A stretch of 64,000 nt of DNA from Scyliorhinus canicula. Taxonomy: Eukaryota. A model generated the notes under the pieces. The model did not search any database. It was not told where the DNA came from and was given only the letters and a program-made list of their open reading frames with translations. Position 1 is the first letter of the stretch, and each line of letters starts with the position of its first letter. Position numbers and translations under genes: made by a program. Positions 26,727 through 39,600 of the stretch are shown piece by piece. Location: assembly GCF_902713615.1 (NCBI RefSeq), contig NC_052171.1, positions 806,001 through 870,000 of the forward strand. The letters are read 5' to 3'.

Positions 26727-26732
26727 TTTATT
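26727..26732 (-). terminator. Candidate TMEM230 polyadenylation signal
   Basis: AATAAA on the minus strand followed by GU/U-rich sequence (tatgtgtatgatttgttt). It would imply a 3' UTR of about 2.5 kb. Confidence 0.4.
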
Positions 26733-27629
26733 CAGTGCATCTTGCACTGCTCGCACTTGATGTATAAGAACTAAAATAATATTTTTTGCCCAATGCTGAA
26801 AAATCCTTTTCAAGAAAATCCCTTCAAATCAGAATCACTGATAATGCTCATGTTTTGATTCCTTTGGAATACTGCACTATTCAATGGATTAAAACAGGGA
26901 AAAACTGATCACCATTCAATAGGATTACCACACCATCACCAGGTTTATCCACCTCTGTTGATGGGGTAATTTGAATTGAGATGTTAAACATGGGGAGAGA
27001 AATTAATTACCAATGGAATGTAAAATATGAACATTGGAATCAGTGACAAACAAAACAAGGTCGTTATTGCAGCATGTTTAGCCTATTTTTGTGCACTGCG
27101 CTTTTTCATCTTGCAACAAAATAAGCCCCAACTTGCATCGCAACATCAGACTTAAGCACAGCATGACGCCATTCAGTCCTTCTGAGTTTGGTCCGCTATT
27201 CAATCAGATCATGGCTGATCTGGTTGTGGTCTCAACTCCACTTTGTCATCTGCTTCCCATAATCCTTAGCAGGTCAAATATCTGTCTATTGACTAATATC
27301 AGCTGCTGACATTGTTCTTTGGCACAAGGAAAATGCTGCATCCTCTGGGAGTGAACCTCAAGTACAAACTGAACACAACACGTACAGCTTTGTGCCTTTT
27401 CATGCTAAAGCACTGCCACCAATGGAGTTAGTGGACATCCCTCAGCATAAAAGGGTTGACACCAGTGCCCACATTTCGCACAGTCTCTCGCAGAAGGACT
27501 GTGGGTATCAACACTAGATGGTTCCCTCCCCCGTGGTTATGTTGAATCTGCTATCTTAGGTCCAAGTCCAGACGCTAGTATGACCCCTTGGCGTTTCACC
27601 ATCCCTGGTCCATACCAGGACTCAATCCC

Positions 27630-27862
27630 AAATAAAAGCAAATTACTGCAGATGCTGGAATCTGAAACAAAAATAGAAAATACTGGACAATGGCAGCAGG
27701 TCTGGATAGCATCTGTGGAGAGAAAAAGGAGCTGATATTTTGAGTCTGGATGACTCTAATGGGCTTTCACAAAGAGTGATCCAGACTTGAAACATTAGCT
27801 CCCTTTTCTCTCCACAGATGCTGTCAGACCTGCTGAGGTTGTCCAGTGTTTCCAGTTTTTGT
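27630..27862. repeat. Fold-back element with ~90-bp inverted arms, probably Penelope-derived
   Basis: 27667-27757 is the diverged reverse complement of 27773-27862 (e.g. agcatctgtggagagaaaagggagct / agctcccttttctctccacagatgct). Confidence 0.8.
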
Positions 27863-29198
27863 GCCCTATATCAAATAGATCAAACATGAGTTTGCAACTG
27901 GTGTGAATCTGTCAAGCCAGGAATGGGGGCGGATGGGTCAGCAGAGTGTCCCAACTCAATTACAGACTGACATTTGGTTTCGCAATATTGCTTGATCTGA
28001 AAACCTCAAATGAAATTTACAGGCCTATATTGCAATGTCACTAGATATTAAAATGTGTAAATACTGCTCATATATAGTTCATCATACTTATGTTCCTCAA
28101 GTCTCAAAAATTCCATCACAGCATTCACATTTAACATCAGTCTGAGACCCCACAGAACGGGCTAGCAATGAAACAATGCCTGTTTCAAATTGGTTTTCCC
28201 AAGTGATTTTGAGGTTGTAAGTGTAAATATAATCCATTATCCATTTCATCAGCCTTCTTAGCACAGACAGCTGGAAATTCATTGCAGCAGGATGAATACA
28301 AAATAGGAAAGTTCACCGAGTTGATACATTTCTGTGTTGTCTGAGATATTTAGTGTGTCCACCAGCACTTCACTGCAGCATTCTTCAGCTAGCTACACTC
28401 TGTTCCGACACAGCTCAAGTTTGGAAGGGTCTTTTCGCATTTCAAGTGGACACAGTACAACATTTCATCCAACCATCAACCCACACGCTATTGAAATCTT
28501 AGTTCTTCCTTGACATTGCAAAAAATTTGGATGGACCTCGCTTTCGTGACAATAGTGCTTAAAATGCTGTTCAGTGGAAAACAATTCAGAAGCTTAATGA
28601 CAAAAGAAATCACCTGCTCAGGCTAATATGGGGCTCAAATGTAACTTGTTTCTGAGCACCTGACAGTCCAGGGAAACACTTACGATAAGAAGCACTCTGT
28701 TCCATTTATATGAAACAGTTAACAATAAACAGTTACAATATATTGCCTCCAACGTGAGAAAAACTAAATGTTGGTTTCCTTGCCAATACTCTCACTGATT
28801 GGGAGAGGTCTGTAAGTCTTGGGCTGGTACCATTTGTTGCAGTGGTGGTAAAGCTGAGCAAACCTGATTCTGTTTGTGAGCCTGCCTGGTGCGAAGGAAA
28901 CACACCCATTCATGATAACCATATTTATGTCAATTGTTTTTAGCAGAAAGGGAGAAGTACTTTAAAAAACCCTTCAACACTGGTATTTGGAAATATCCAA
29001 TACAGTCAGAAGGTTCAAAATATATATAGGATTAGCAGGGGAGTGAAGCTGGTTCTTGTTAATCGCAGTATTGTCATATAGCTGGAATTCCATTTGGTGC
29101 AATCTAGCCTTTTGAAATGGAGTTCTCTCATTCTGTCCATCACAGACAGCCTGAGAGCAGACTGCATGCAGCAGTCAGCTAAAGGAAGAGAACAGTTT

Positions 29199-29339
29199 TC
29201 AGTCATCGAAGTCTGGGATGTCATCATAGGAGTAGCCTCTGTATCCTCTTGAGGCATAATACGCAATCCGTAGATGGTAAAAGCCAGGAAGGAAAACCAG
29301 GATCCCGATGATCAGTACCGGCCAGGTTGTGTCACTGTA
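29199..29339 (-). CDS. TMEM230: Transmembrane protein 230, last coding exon
   Basis: Acceptor ttttccag|TAC; encodes [46 protein letters not shown], the TMEM230 C-terminus. Confidence 0.97.
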   Translation of the reverse strand, partial: YSDTTWPVLIIGILVFLPGFYHLRIAYYASRGYRGYSYDDIPDFDD

Positions 29340-29779
29340 CTGGAAAAGAAAAATAAAATGGAGTAATTGGTTTTCTTTTGTAAAAGCAAGATACTTTGTC
29401 CAGCAGAACAGAGGATTTGCAGAGATAGCTTTGTCCACAGTGGCTTTCAACTGGCAGGATTTGATTTCAAATCAGGCTATGTTGATGGGCAGCTTGCTTG
29501 AAGGAGCCTTTATAAATTGAATTTAGACTGTTATAATTCAGCTCCTAATGGGCATATTCTTGAAGCAAATAATTGTCCTGAATCCAACACTTATGAGCAA
29601 TTTTATTGCAGACATCATTCAGAAATGGAACATGTTACAAAGATTCAGCAGTCGGTACTCATGAAGTTAAGACAGGATAGAGTTATCATTAAAGGAACTG
29701 TAACATTCAATTATGTCTTCAGTTTCTCTCAATGGGAATGGAGTTAAAAACCTAAATTGTGAAGCAGTGTGTAACTTAC

Positions 29780-29902
29780 CGAACTACTAATGTACCCAGT
29801 TAGTAGAAGAGCAGCAATGGTAATCAGCAACGAGCCAATTAGAAACAAGATGACTGCAAGTGCAATTGCCTTGTATGGAATTTTTGTGGGAAGTTTCTTA
29901 AA
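29780..29902 (-). CDS. TMEM230: Transmembrane protein 230, middle coding exon (123 nt)
   Basis: cctgcag|TTTAAG...AGTTCG|gtaagt; encodes [41 protein letters not shown] (first TM helix). Confidence 0.96.
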
Positions 29903-30159
29903 CTGCAGGAAAAGGAAAAGTTATTTGATATACTGAGATGTTTTACTGTGAGAAATGTACCACATAAATGCAAAGTGTTGGTTATTTACAAACTATAAAT
30001 TTTCCAAAAAATAATAAATATTTAAGATCGCTCTTAGCAAGTGCTTGGCTGTTTGTGGCTTTGACCAATCATGAGGCTGTGAAGGGTACCAGATAAATGC
30101 AAGCCTTGATTTTACCTGTCCCACAATTTCTGCTTAATAACCTTATTAATTCCATCTCT

Positions 30160-31677
30160 GCTAGGGAAATTGCAGATGCACTAGTGATAATTTACCGAAA
30201 TTCACTAGACTCTGGGGTGGTCCCGGTGGATTGGAAATTAGCAAACGTGACGCCACTGTTTAAAAAAGGAGGTAGGCAGAAAGCAGGAAATTATAGGCCA
30301 ATGAGCTTAACTTCGGTAGTAGGGAAGATGCTGGAATCTATCATCAAGGAAGAAATTGCGAGGCATCTGGATAGAAATTGTCCCATTGGGCACACGCAGC
30401 ATGGGTTCGTAAAGGGCAGGTCATGCCTAATTTAGTGGAATTTTTTGAGGACATTACCAGTGCAGTAGATAACGGGGAGCCGATGGATGTGGTATATCTG
30501 GATTTCCAGAAAGCCTTTGACAAGGTGCCACACAAAAGGTTGCTGCATAAGATAAAGATGCATGGCATTAAGGGTAAAGTAGTAGCATGGATAGAGGATT
30601 GGTTAATTAATAGAAAGCAAAGAGTTGGGATAAATGGGTGTTTCTCTGGTTGGCAATCAGTAGCTAGTGGTGTCCCTCAGGGATCCGTGTTGGGCCCACA
30701 ATTGTTCACAATTTACATAGATGATTTGGAGTTGGGGACCAAGGGCAATGTGTCCAAGTTTGCAGATGACACTAAGATGAGTGGTAAAGCGAAAAGTGCA
30801 GAGGATACTGGAAGTCTGCAGAGGGATTTGGATAGGTTAAGTGAATGGGCTAGGGTCTGGCAGATGGAATACAATGTTGACAAATGTGAGGTTATCCATT
30901 TTGGTAGGAATAACAGCAAACGGGATTATTATTTAAACGATAAAATATTAAAGCATGCCGCTGTTCAGAGAGACTTGGGTGTGCTAGTGCATGAGTCACA
31001 GAAGGTTGGTTTACAAGTGCAACAGGTGATTAAGAAGGCAAATGGAATTTTGTCCTTCATTGCTAGAGGGATGGAGTTTAAGACTAGGGAGGTTATGTTG
31101 CAATTGTATAAGGTGTTAGTACGGCCACACCTGGAGTATTGTGTTCAGTTTTGGTCTCCTTACTTGAGAAAGGACGTACTGGCGCTGGAGGGTGTGCAGA
31201 GGAGATTCACTAGGTTAATCCCAGAGCTGAAGGGGTTGGATTATGAGGAGAGGTTGAGTAGACTGGGACTGTACTCGTTGGAATTTAGAAGGATGAGGGG
31301 GGATCTTATAGAAACATTTAAAATTATGAAGGGAATAGGTAGGATAGATGCGGGCAGGTTGTTTCCACTGGCGGGTGACAGCAGAACTAGGGGACATAGC
31401 CTCAAAATAAGGGGAAGTAGATTTAGTTTAGGAGGAACTTCTTCACCCAAAGGGTTGTGAATCTATGGAATTCCTTGCCCAGTGAAGCAGTTGAGGCTCC
31501 TTCATTACATGTTTTTAAGGTAAAGATAGATAGTTTTTTGAAGAATAAAGGGATTAAGGGTTATGGTGTTCGGGCCGGAAAGTGGAGCTGAGTCCACAAA
31601 AGATCAGCCATGATCTAATTGAATGGCGGAGCAGGCTCGAGGGGCCAGATGGCCTACTCCTGCTCCTAGTTCTTATA
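30160..31677 (+). mobile_element. Young 5'-truncated CR1 LINE in a TMEM230 intron, antisense to the gene
   Basis: RT ORF 30378-31460 (YLDFQKAFDKVPH, GVPQGSVLGP, KFADD); intact 3' UTR ending cctgctcctagttcttat. Confidence 0.95.
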
Positions 31678-32078
31678 TTAACCCCTTCCTCTTACGAATA
31701 TATATGAAATGTTGCTGGGGTTCAGTTCCTGCACCTCATTCAAGTTTTCATTCTTCATGACCAAACCCGGTTGAGTGTGGGAAGGCTATTTACTGTAAAA
31801 CCCCTGATAAACATAGCAAATCCTCCCCAGACCAGATGTCCACCTGGAGAAGGATGCAATGTGCAACAAGCTAGCGCCAAGAACAATTCTTTCTTCAGCC
31901 TGCATCGCAAAGGCTCTGGTCAAGATCAACTACCTCAATGTAAAACATGGATCAGATTGACACTTGCCAACTAATTCCTTGGCCAATGAGCAAAAGTGTG
32001 TTACCAGATGAAATGAACAAGGAGCTTATGATTATTTCTATATGCTGTACACACTCAGTGTCATTGTCAGGAACTAAC

Positions 32079-32177
32079 CTGCAGATCGATGTAACCCTCG
32101 TCACTGTCTGCTAGTTTAGAGTATTTCACTTTGCTACTGGAGCCCGCAGCAGCAGCGTTGTTACGTGACGGCATCAT
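32079..32177 (-). CDS. TMEM230: Transmembrane protein 230, first coding exon (exon starts at 32195 including 5' UTR)
   Basis: Encodes [33 protein letters not shown]|gttagt; acceptor tttag at 32196-32200. The three exons give 33+41+46 = 120 aa, all phase 0. Confidence 0.96.
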
Positions 32178-32365
32178 AACACAGCTCGTTAACAACTAAA
32201 GCGAAATAATAAAAAGAATGGATTTGCCAAGGTTGTGCATGGACACTTAAACTTGCAGATACATACACCTGCAGCACATGAACAATTGAATTATCCCTTT
32301 CTACAAGCAGGTAAAAGATTAAGCTAAATTTATAGATAGATTTGGACATTAGCACATAAACGCTC

Positions 32366-32668
32366 TTATAATTACCTTTATTGTCACAAGTAGGCTTACA
32401 TTAACACTGGAATTAAGTTACTATGAAAAGCCCCTAGGCGCCACATTCCGGCGTCTGTTTGGGTACACGGAGGGAGAATTCAGAATGTCCAAACTACCTA
32501 ACAACACATCTTTCGGGACATGTGGGAGCAAACCAGAGCACCCGGAGGAAACCCACGCAGACACGGAGAGCACATGCAGACTCCGCACAGACAGTGATCC
32601 AAGCTAGGATTCAAAAGGGGACCCTGGCGCTGTGAAGCAACAGTGCTAATCACTGTGCTACCGTGCTA
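32366..32668 (-). mobile_element. SINE type B
   Basis: Homolog of 720-1060. Confidence 0.85.
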
Positions 32669-33596
32669 CAAAACAGGCTGAATGAAGCACAAATCAACTC
32701 TAGTCCTAAGCAATGACACCAGGTCAAGGAAGCTGGCTTAAATTGCTTGCACATTCTTGGAGACCAGAATAAATTGGAGTGCAGAATAAATCAAATGTTA
32801 TACGTAAGAAACATTCATCGAGACTGAAGGGAGTGGTGTCGAGTTACATTGCTGCTCATCCACACTCCAGCATCCAAATTCCTGATAAATGCTGAATGCT
32901 GGAAGAAAGCCAACCAAACAGGAGCAAACATAGTTAAGCTTGAAATGTTGTGAGGCAGCCAGGGTGAGAAAACGTTTAAATGTTCAGTTTACACCAGATG
33001 CAGTTATACCACAGCTGGGGTGAAATCAGAGTGGTTTCAGTGCTTTCTCTGGAAGGGTTGTCACGAAGCGTGAGCAAGACTGAGCTGCATCACTGGGCGG
33101 GGGTCTGGTGGTGGTCAGAGGTGGCAACTTTCATTTTTCTCTGAGAAATAAATGAACCAGCTTGGTCCTTCCAATGATCCAGAGGCTTTTGCTATCATTT
33201 TAACTGGCACTAACCCAACTCTGTGCATCTTTTCCCAAAGGCATTTTGGATTTTAAATTTGCCGAGTCTTCTACTTGCTTTTTGGGGGGGGGGGGGGGGG
33301 TCCCAGCAGCGATTTTACACAACGATTCCACAACGAGCGATGGGGTTTGGAGTCCTGAGCTGTACCGTCAGTGTTACAGTCAAGTGTCAACCTCAACTTT
33401 TATCCTCAACTCTCTGGGGGGGGCGCTGGGTCACAATTCTCTCTGTCGAGGTACAACCTGCCACCGGCTGTCAAAATATGCCACATTCTCGCTGACACAT
33501 TGCTGCCAACATCGCCGCAACAGAAAACCATCCTGCACACAACCCTGGGGGGTCTGAACCACCTCTTCTCGCCATGAAACCTGCAGCTCCTGTTAC

Positions 33597-33700
33597 CTGC
33601 GCGCAGCCTCCATCTCCCCTCCAAGCCCAGCTTCCGGCCCCCGCTTCCGGCCCCGCACTAACAGTCGCACTGACTGATTCCAACCCGAACAAAGGTTCCC
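33597..33700 (-). promoter_or_regulatory. TMEM230 non-coding first exon and core promoter
   Basis: Small GC-rich island with two tandem ETS/GABP-type CCGGAAG motifs (33630-33654, minus strand), followed by donor GCGCGCAG|gtaaca at 33597. Confidence 0.7.
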
Positions 33701-34339
33701 CTTCGCTCCTTCCCTCTGCTCCCTGCTTCCCTTCATTCATCAGCAGCAGCTCCTGCAAACTGCTTCAAGTGAGGGTCCTGGCCCCCAAGCTATCCTCCCA
33801 GCAGAAATGTTATTTTGATCACTGCTGTGAAAAAGAAGTCACAAAGTGAAACTTCCTTCGCACATCCCATTGCCTGCGTGAGGGACAACTTTCAGATTTG
33901 AAGGGTAACTTCTTATTGCTGAAGATTTCCTTTTTTTTTTGCCTTGTCCTTCGGGTCCTGAATTTCCAAAACTATTCTTTTGAATATTTGAAATTGTCAG
34001 CCATCACACAAGGTCCAGCAGTCATGTTTGCTTTTCAGGTACCTCTTGATTGAGAAAACCTTTGCGAAGCATTGGTTATAGTTTGATAGGTCTGAAGACA
34101 TCTTCGTGGTCATATTTATGTTAACTGTAAGTCTTTATTAATCCCAAGAACTATTTATAAATGTACAGCAAAGGGTACAAGCCAGGAGATGTCTCCGTGC
34201 TTGCTGGGACACACAGCTCTGTCCAATGCTCAGCTGACCTTAAATGAAGGTCATGTACTCGCTCACATTATTGTGTCCCATATATGTGCCAAACACTTTT
34301 ACAACACCTCCACTCAGTTCTTTAGAATGATAGAAAGTT

Positions 34340-35280
34340 GACGGCACAAAAATAAGCCACCTCGCCTATCATCATCTGCGTCAGCCAAAAAAAGAGCCAT
34401 CCCACTTTGCAGCATTCGGTCAGTCGTGCAGGTCTGGGCGCGGGAGATACAATGAGTTGAGGTTTTTTGCCCCCACAACGCTTTCAGACCGTGAGTTCCA
34501 AACCCCCACAACCCTCTTGAGTGAAAATTATTTTCCTCATCTCCCCTTTAATAATTCTACCAATCATGTGAAATATATGCTCTGTGTCACTGACCACTCT
34601 GTCTAATAGAGTGACATTGTTTCTGTAACAAGGTGACCAGAACTGCACACAATACTCAAGTTGTGGCATGACTAATGTTTTCTACAGTTCCAGCATAACC
34701 TCGCTCCTTTTATATTCTATGTTTCGGCTAATAAAGGAAACTATTCCACATGCCTTCTTAACCACCTTATCAACCTGATACTTCCGATGGTCTGTGGACA
34801 TTCACTCCAAGGTCACTTCCTCAACATCTCTCAGTTTCCTCCCATTTATCATGCAATCCTTTGCCTTGTTTGACCTCCTCAAATGCATCATCTCACATGA
34901 TGCGACCATCGATTCACACAAAGACACGAGTAGAAGCAAACCGAGGTTTTAAACAGCTTAGAACAGTGCCTGCCTGCGACTAGTACAATATTGTGGACCG
35001 CCTACAAGTCAACTGCTCTTTATACTTCCTTTCAAAGGGAGGAGCCATGGACGGAACCCGTACATGCCCCAACATATCCCCCTGTGGGTGAAGCCACACA
35101 ATGGCCCATAGGTGAAGCCCACAAGGTCAACAACATAACATAGCTGTAACACAATGGCAGAACATGATACTAATACACTGGTAAATTACTAGTACTACAC
35201 ATTCACCACATCACCCTCCTCTGGGTTGAACTCCATTTGCCACTTTTTTGCCCATCTGAAAAATCCATTGCTACCTTCCT
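34340..35280 (-). mobile_element. Degraded CR1 LINE fragment
   Basis: ORF 34484-34669 contains PQLEYCVQFWSP. Confidence 0.75.
34898..35210 (-). mobile_element. Solo LTR related to the Gypsy element at 36611
   Basis: tgatgcgaccatc...acattcaccaca termini shared with the 36611 LTR; TSD tcaca/tcacc. Confidence 0.85.
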
Positions 35281-36610
35281 GCAATGTAAACATACAGAAT
35301 GGGAGGCAATGGTCACTTCCAAACCATTGACAACTGCCGCCCAGATGGATAAGGGCAGCAGGAACTTATGAGAACACCACCACCTGCAAGTTCCCCTCCA
35401 AGTCACACATCATCCTGACTTGGAAATATATAACCGTTCCTTCACTGTTGCTGAGTCAAACCCCCAGAACTCCCTAACAGCACTGGGAGTGTACCTACAC
35501 CACATGGACTGCAGTGGTTCAGAAGGCAGCTCACCATCACCTGCTCAAAGGTTCTTTAGGGATGTGCAATTAATGCTGGCTCAGCAAGCACTGCCCACAT
35601 CCCATGAATGAATCAAAAACATTCCGACCTTATTTGGGATTGTTTATTTTGGATTTGATCGGATAGCTTTCCTCCATTCACTATCACCTGCTTCCTCTGA
35701 GCTGCCACCGGCTGTTGTAGTTCTGGTAATGTGTCACGCTTCCCAAAAATATATATTTTCAAGACTTTCGGAAAACTCTTTGCCTCCCTGGCTCAGGTAA
35801 TGCCTTTTTCTCTTTCATGGGGAGTTTTCTTTCCCTTTTTTGAAGCTCTGCAGCACAACTTTAAGAAGAAAACTTTTGATAGCTTTTGATATTCCATTGA
35901 AGCTTTGCATCATGACTAGTTCATCCACAAGTTCACCAAACCAGAATCAAAAGGTATTAATCAGGACATTTTCTGACTCTCTACATATACTTGGTTTACT
36001 CCAGCAGTGTAGAAATTATCCTCTCATGGACACCACATTTCCCACGAGGTTTGACCCTTGAATAAGTCCAAAATTATTGTGGATGATTGAAATTCTGATC
36101 CATGGCTGAATTTTTTAAGGTACAGATTCTGCTTGAAGAGCTTTCTGAATTTCAAGATGGTGTCACTTTCATTTGGAGACAAAGAGATTTCCCATGCTTG
36201 TGGCTTTGATGGGCTTCACTGCAATGGTGACCGTGATCAGCTTGAAAACATTTTTAACAATGCATGCCTGGAATGGGTGCCCGCAGAGTTTATTTGCTCT
36301 GTGTTTATGTTCAAAGTCACAAATTCATCTGATCTTTGATTTTGCTTGCCTTTAACTGGATTTGGAAAGTTGCAATTCTCTGAGAGCATTCAATTAATTA
36401 TTTGAAAATAATTTCTCAGCTAACTTGGAGATATGAAGTTCCGGCGGCAGCTACGTGGTGAGCAGTCATACACACGGTAGCTTCCATCAGGGTACTTTGT
36501 TTTTGGCCAGTTTGTAGGTGATGTTGGGGGGGAAACTTGAGTAGTTCGATGGGATAAGTTCCCACGTAAAAGTAATGCCCAACAAGTGTAACACAAGGCA
36601 GCAGACAGGC

Positions 36611-39600
36611 TGATGCGACCATCAATTCATTCAGAGACACGAGTTGAAGTAAACTGTGGCTTTAATCAGCTTACAACTGAGCCTGCCTGCGACTGTACTA
36701 AACTGAGGGCGGACTCGCAGGACCGCAGCACTTATACTTCCTGAAGGGGGTGGAGCCGAGGGCGGAGCCCTGTACATGCTCCTCATCTCCCCCTGTGGGC
36801 AGAGTCGTGCAACGGCTCACAGATGGAGCCCAGAGGGACACAGTAATGTACAGTGTGAATTATAGTGGTTACACATTCACCACATTCACCCCCTGTTAAA
36901 AAAATCAAGTTCAGCAGGGGTGACGGGTCTACAAGTTCAGTCGGTCCGGCGCCCGAATCGTGCGTAGCGACCGACGAAGTACCGGTGTTGCAGCCGTCTC
37001 GGATGGCTGTGGAAGGATGTTCGGTGCGGGTCCGGGAGTGGACTCCGGGGATGGTTCTACCTGAGCTTCGTTCCTGCAAACCGGTGTGTAGGGCGGAAGG
37101 GAGCACGGGTAGCAAATAGGCACAGGGGCGCAGGGCATGGGAGGTCGGGTGGGGTGTAGAGTGGGAGGTACATCGGCGGTAGTGGTAGTAGAGTTTCAGG
37201 TGCCAGGTCCCGGAGGGAAATGGTCTCCTGTCGGCCATCAGGGTGTTCAACGAACGCGTAGTGGGGGTTTGAGTGCAGGAGTAGGACCCTCTCTTCCAGG
37301 GGGTTGGTCTTATGTGTCCGAACGTGTTTTCGGAGGAGGACAGGGTCCGGTGTCGTCAACCAGGGCGGAAGCGAGACCCCCGTAGTAGTTCCCTAGGGAA
37401 GGCAAATAGGCGATCATGAGGAGACTGATTCGTGGCCGTACAGAGGAGGCACCTAATAGCATGGAGCGCATCGGGAAGGACCTCCTGCCAGTGGGAGGTC
37501 GGGAGATTCCTGGACCGTAGGGTCAGTAGGATGGTCTTCCAGACCGTCGCATTCTCCCTCTCCACCTGCCCGTTCCCCCTGGGGTTATAGCTGGTAGTCC
37601 TGCTTGAGGCCATGCTGTTACTGAACAGGTACTGACGCATCTCGTCGCTCATGAAGGATGAACCCCTGTCGCTGTGGACATAGTTAGGGAAACCGAACAG
37701 GGTCAAGACACTGTGCAGGGCTCTGTTGACTGTATGGGAGGTCATATCGGGGCATGGGATGGCAAACGTGAAACGGGAGAATTCATCTATAACGTTGAGG
37801 AAATAAACATTGCGATTAGTTGAAGGGAGGGGCTCTTTGAAATCGATGCTCAGGCGTTCACAGGGCCGGTATGCCTTTACCAGGTGTGCCTTGTATAAGA
37901 CCATAAGACATAGGAGCGGAAGTAAGGCCATTCGGCCCATCGAGTCCACTCCACCATTCAATCATGGTTGATTTCAACTCCATTTACCCGCTCTCTCCCC
38001 ATAGCCCTTAATTCCTCGAGAAATCAAGAATTTATCAATTTCTGTCTTAAAGACACTCAACGTCCCGGCCTCCACCGCCCTCTGTGGCAATGAATTCCAC
38101 AGACCTACCACTCTCTGGCTGAAGAAATTTCTCCTCATCTCTGTTCTAAAGTGACTCCCTTTTATTCTAAGGCTGTGCCCCCGCGTCCTAGTCTCCCCTG
38201 CTAATGGAAACAACTTCCCTACGTCCATCCTATCCAAGCCATTCATTATCTTGTAAGTTTCTATTAGATCTCCCCTCAACCTCCTAAACTCCAATGAATA
38301 TAATCCCACGATCCTCAGACGTTCATCGTATGTTAGGCCTACCATTCCTGGGATCATCCGTGTGAATCTCCGCTGGACCCGCTCCAGTGCCAGTATGTCC
38401 TTCCTGAGGTGTGGGGCCCAAAATTGCTCACAGTATTCTAAATGGGGCCTAACTAGTGCTTTATAAAGCCTCAGAAGTACATCCCTGCTTTTATATTCCA
38501 AGCCTCTTGAGATAAATGACAACATTACATTTGCTTTCTTAATTACGGACTCAACCTGCAAGTTTACCTTTAGAGAATCCTGGACTAGGACTCCCAAGTC
38601 CCTTTGCACTTTAGCATTATGAATTTTGTCACCGTTTAGAAAATAGTCCATGCCTCTATTCTTTTTTCCAAAGCGCAAGACCTCGCACTTGCCCACGTTG
38701 AATTTCATCAGCCACTTCTTGGACCATTCTCCTAAACTGTCTAAATCTTTCTGCAGCCTCCCCACCTCCTCAATACTACCTGCCCCTCCACCTATCTTTG
38801 TATCATCGGCAAACTTGGCCAGAATGCCCCCAGTCCCGTCATCTAGATCGTTAATATATAAAGAGAACAGCTGTGGCCCCAACACTGAACCCTGCGGGAC
38901 ACCACTTGTCACCGGTTGCCATTCCGAAAAAGAACCTTTTATCCCAACTCTCTGCCTTCTGTCTGACAGCCAATCGTCAATCCATGTTAGTACCTTGCCT
39001 CGAATACCATGGGCCCTTATTTTACTCAGCAGTCTCCCGTGAGGCACCTTGTCAAAGGCCTTTTGGAAGTCAAGATAAATAACATCCATTGGCTCTCCTT
39101 GGTCTAACCTATTTGTTATCTCTTCAAAGAACTCTAACAGGTTTGTCAGGCACGACCTCCCCTTACTAAATCCATGCTGACTTGTCCTAATCCGACCCTG
39201 CACTTCCAAGAATTTAGAAATCTCATCCTTAACGATGGATTCTAGAATTTTGCCAACAACCGAGGTTAGGCTAATTGGCCTATAATTTTCCATCTTTTTT
39301 CTTGTTCCCTTCTTGAACAGGGGGGTTACAACAGCGATTTTCCAATCCTCTGGGACTTTCCCTGATCCCAGTGACTTTTGAAAGATCATAACTAACGCAC
39401 CACTATTTCTTCAGCTATCTCCTTTAGAACTCTAGGATGTAGCCCATCTGGGCCCGGAGATTTATCAATTTTCAGACCTTTTAGTTTCTCTAGCACTTTC
39501 TCCTTTGTGATGGCAACCATATTCAACTCTGCCCCCTGACTTTCCTGAATTGTTGGGATATTACTCATGTCTTCTACTGTGAAGACTGACGCAAAGTACT

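Noticed and set aside
37356-37961. 201-aa ORF with a signal-peptide-like N-terminus fused to integrase
   Set aside because: The N-terminus is read from the 3' UTR of the inserted CR1; it is a chance chimera.
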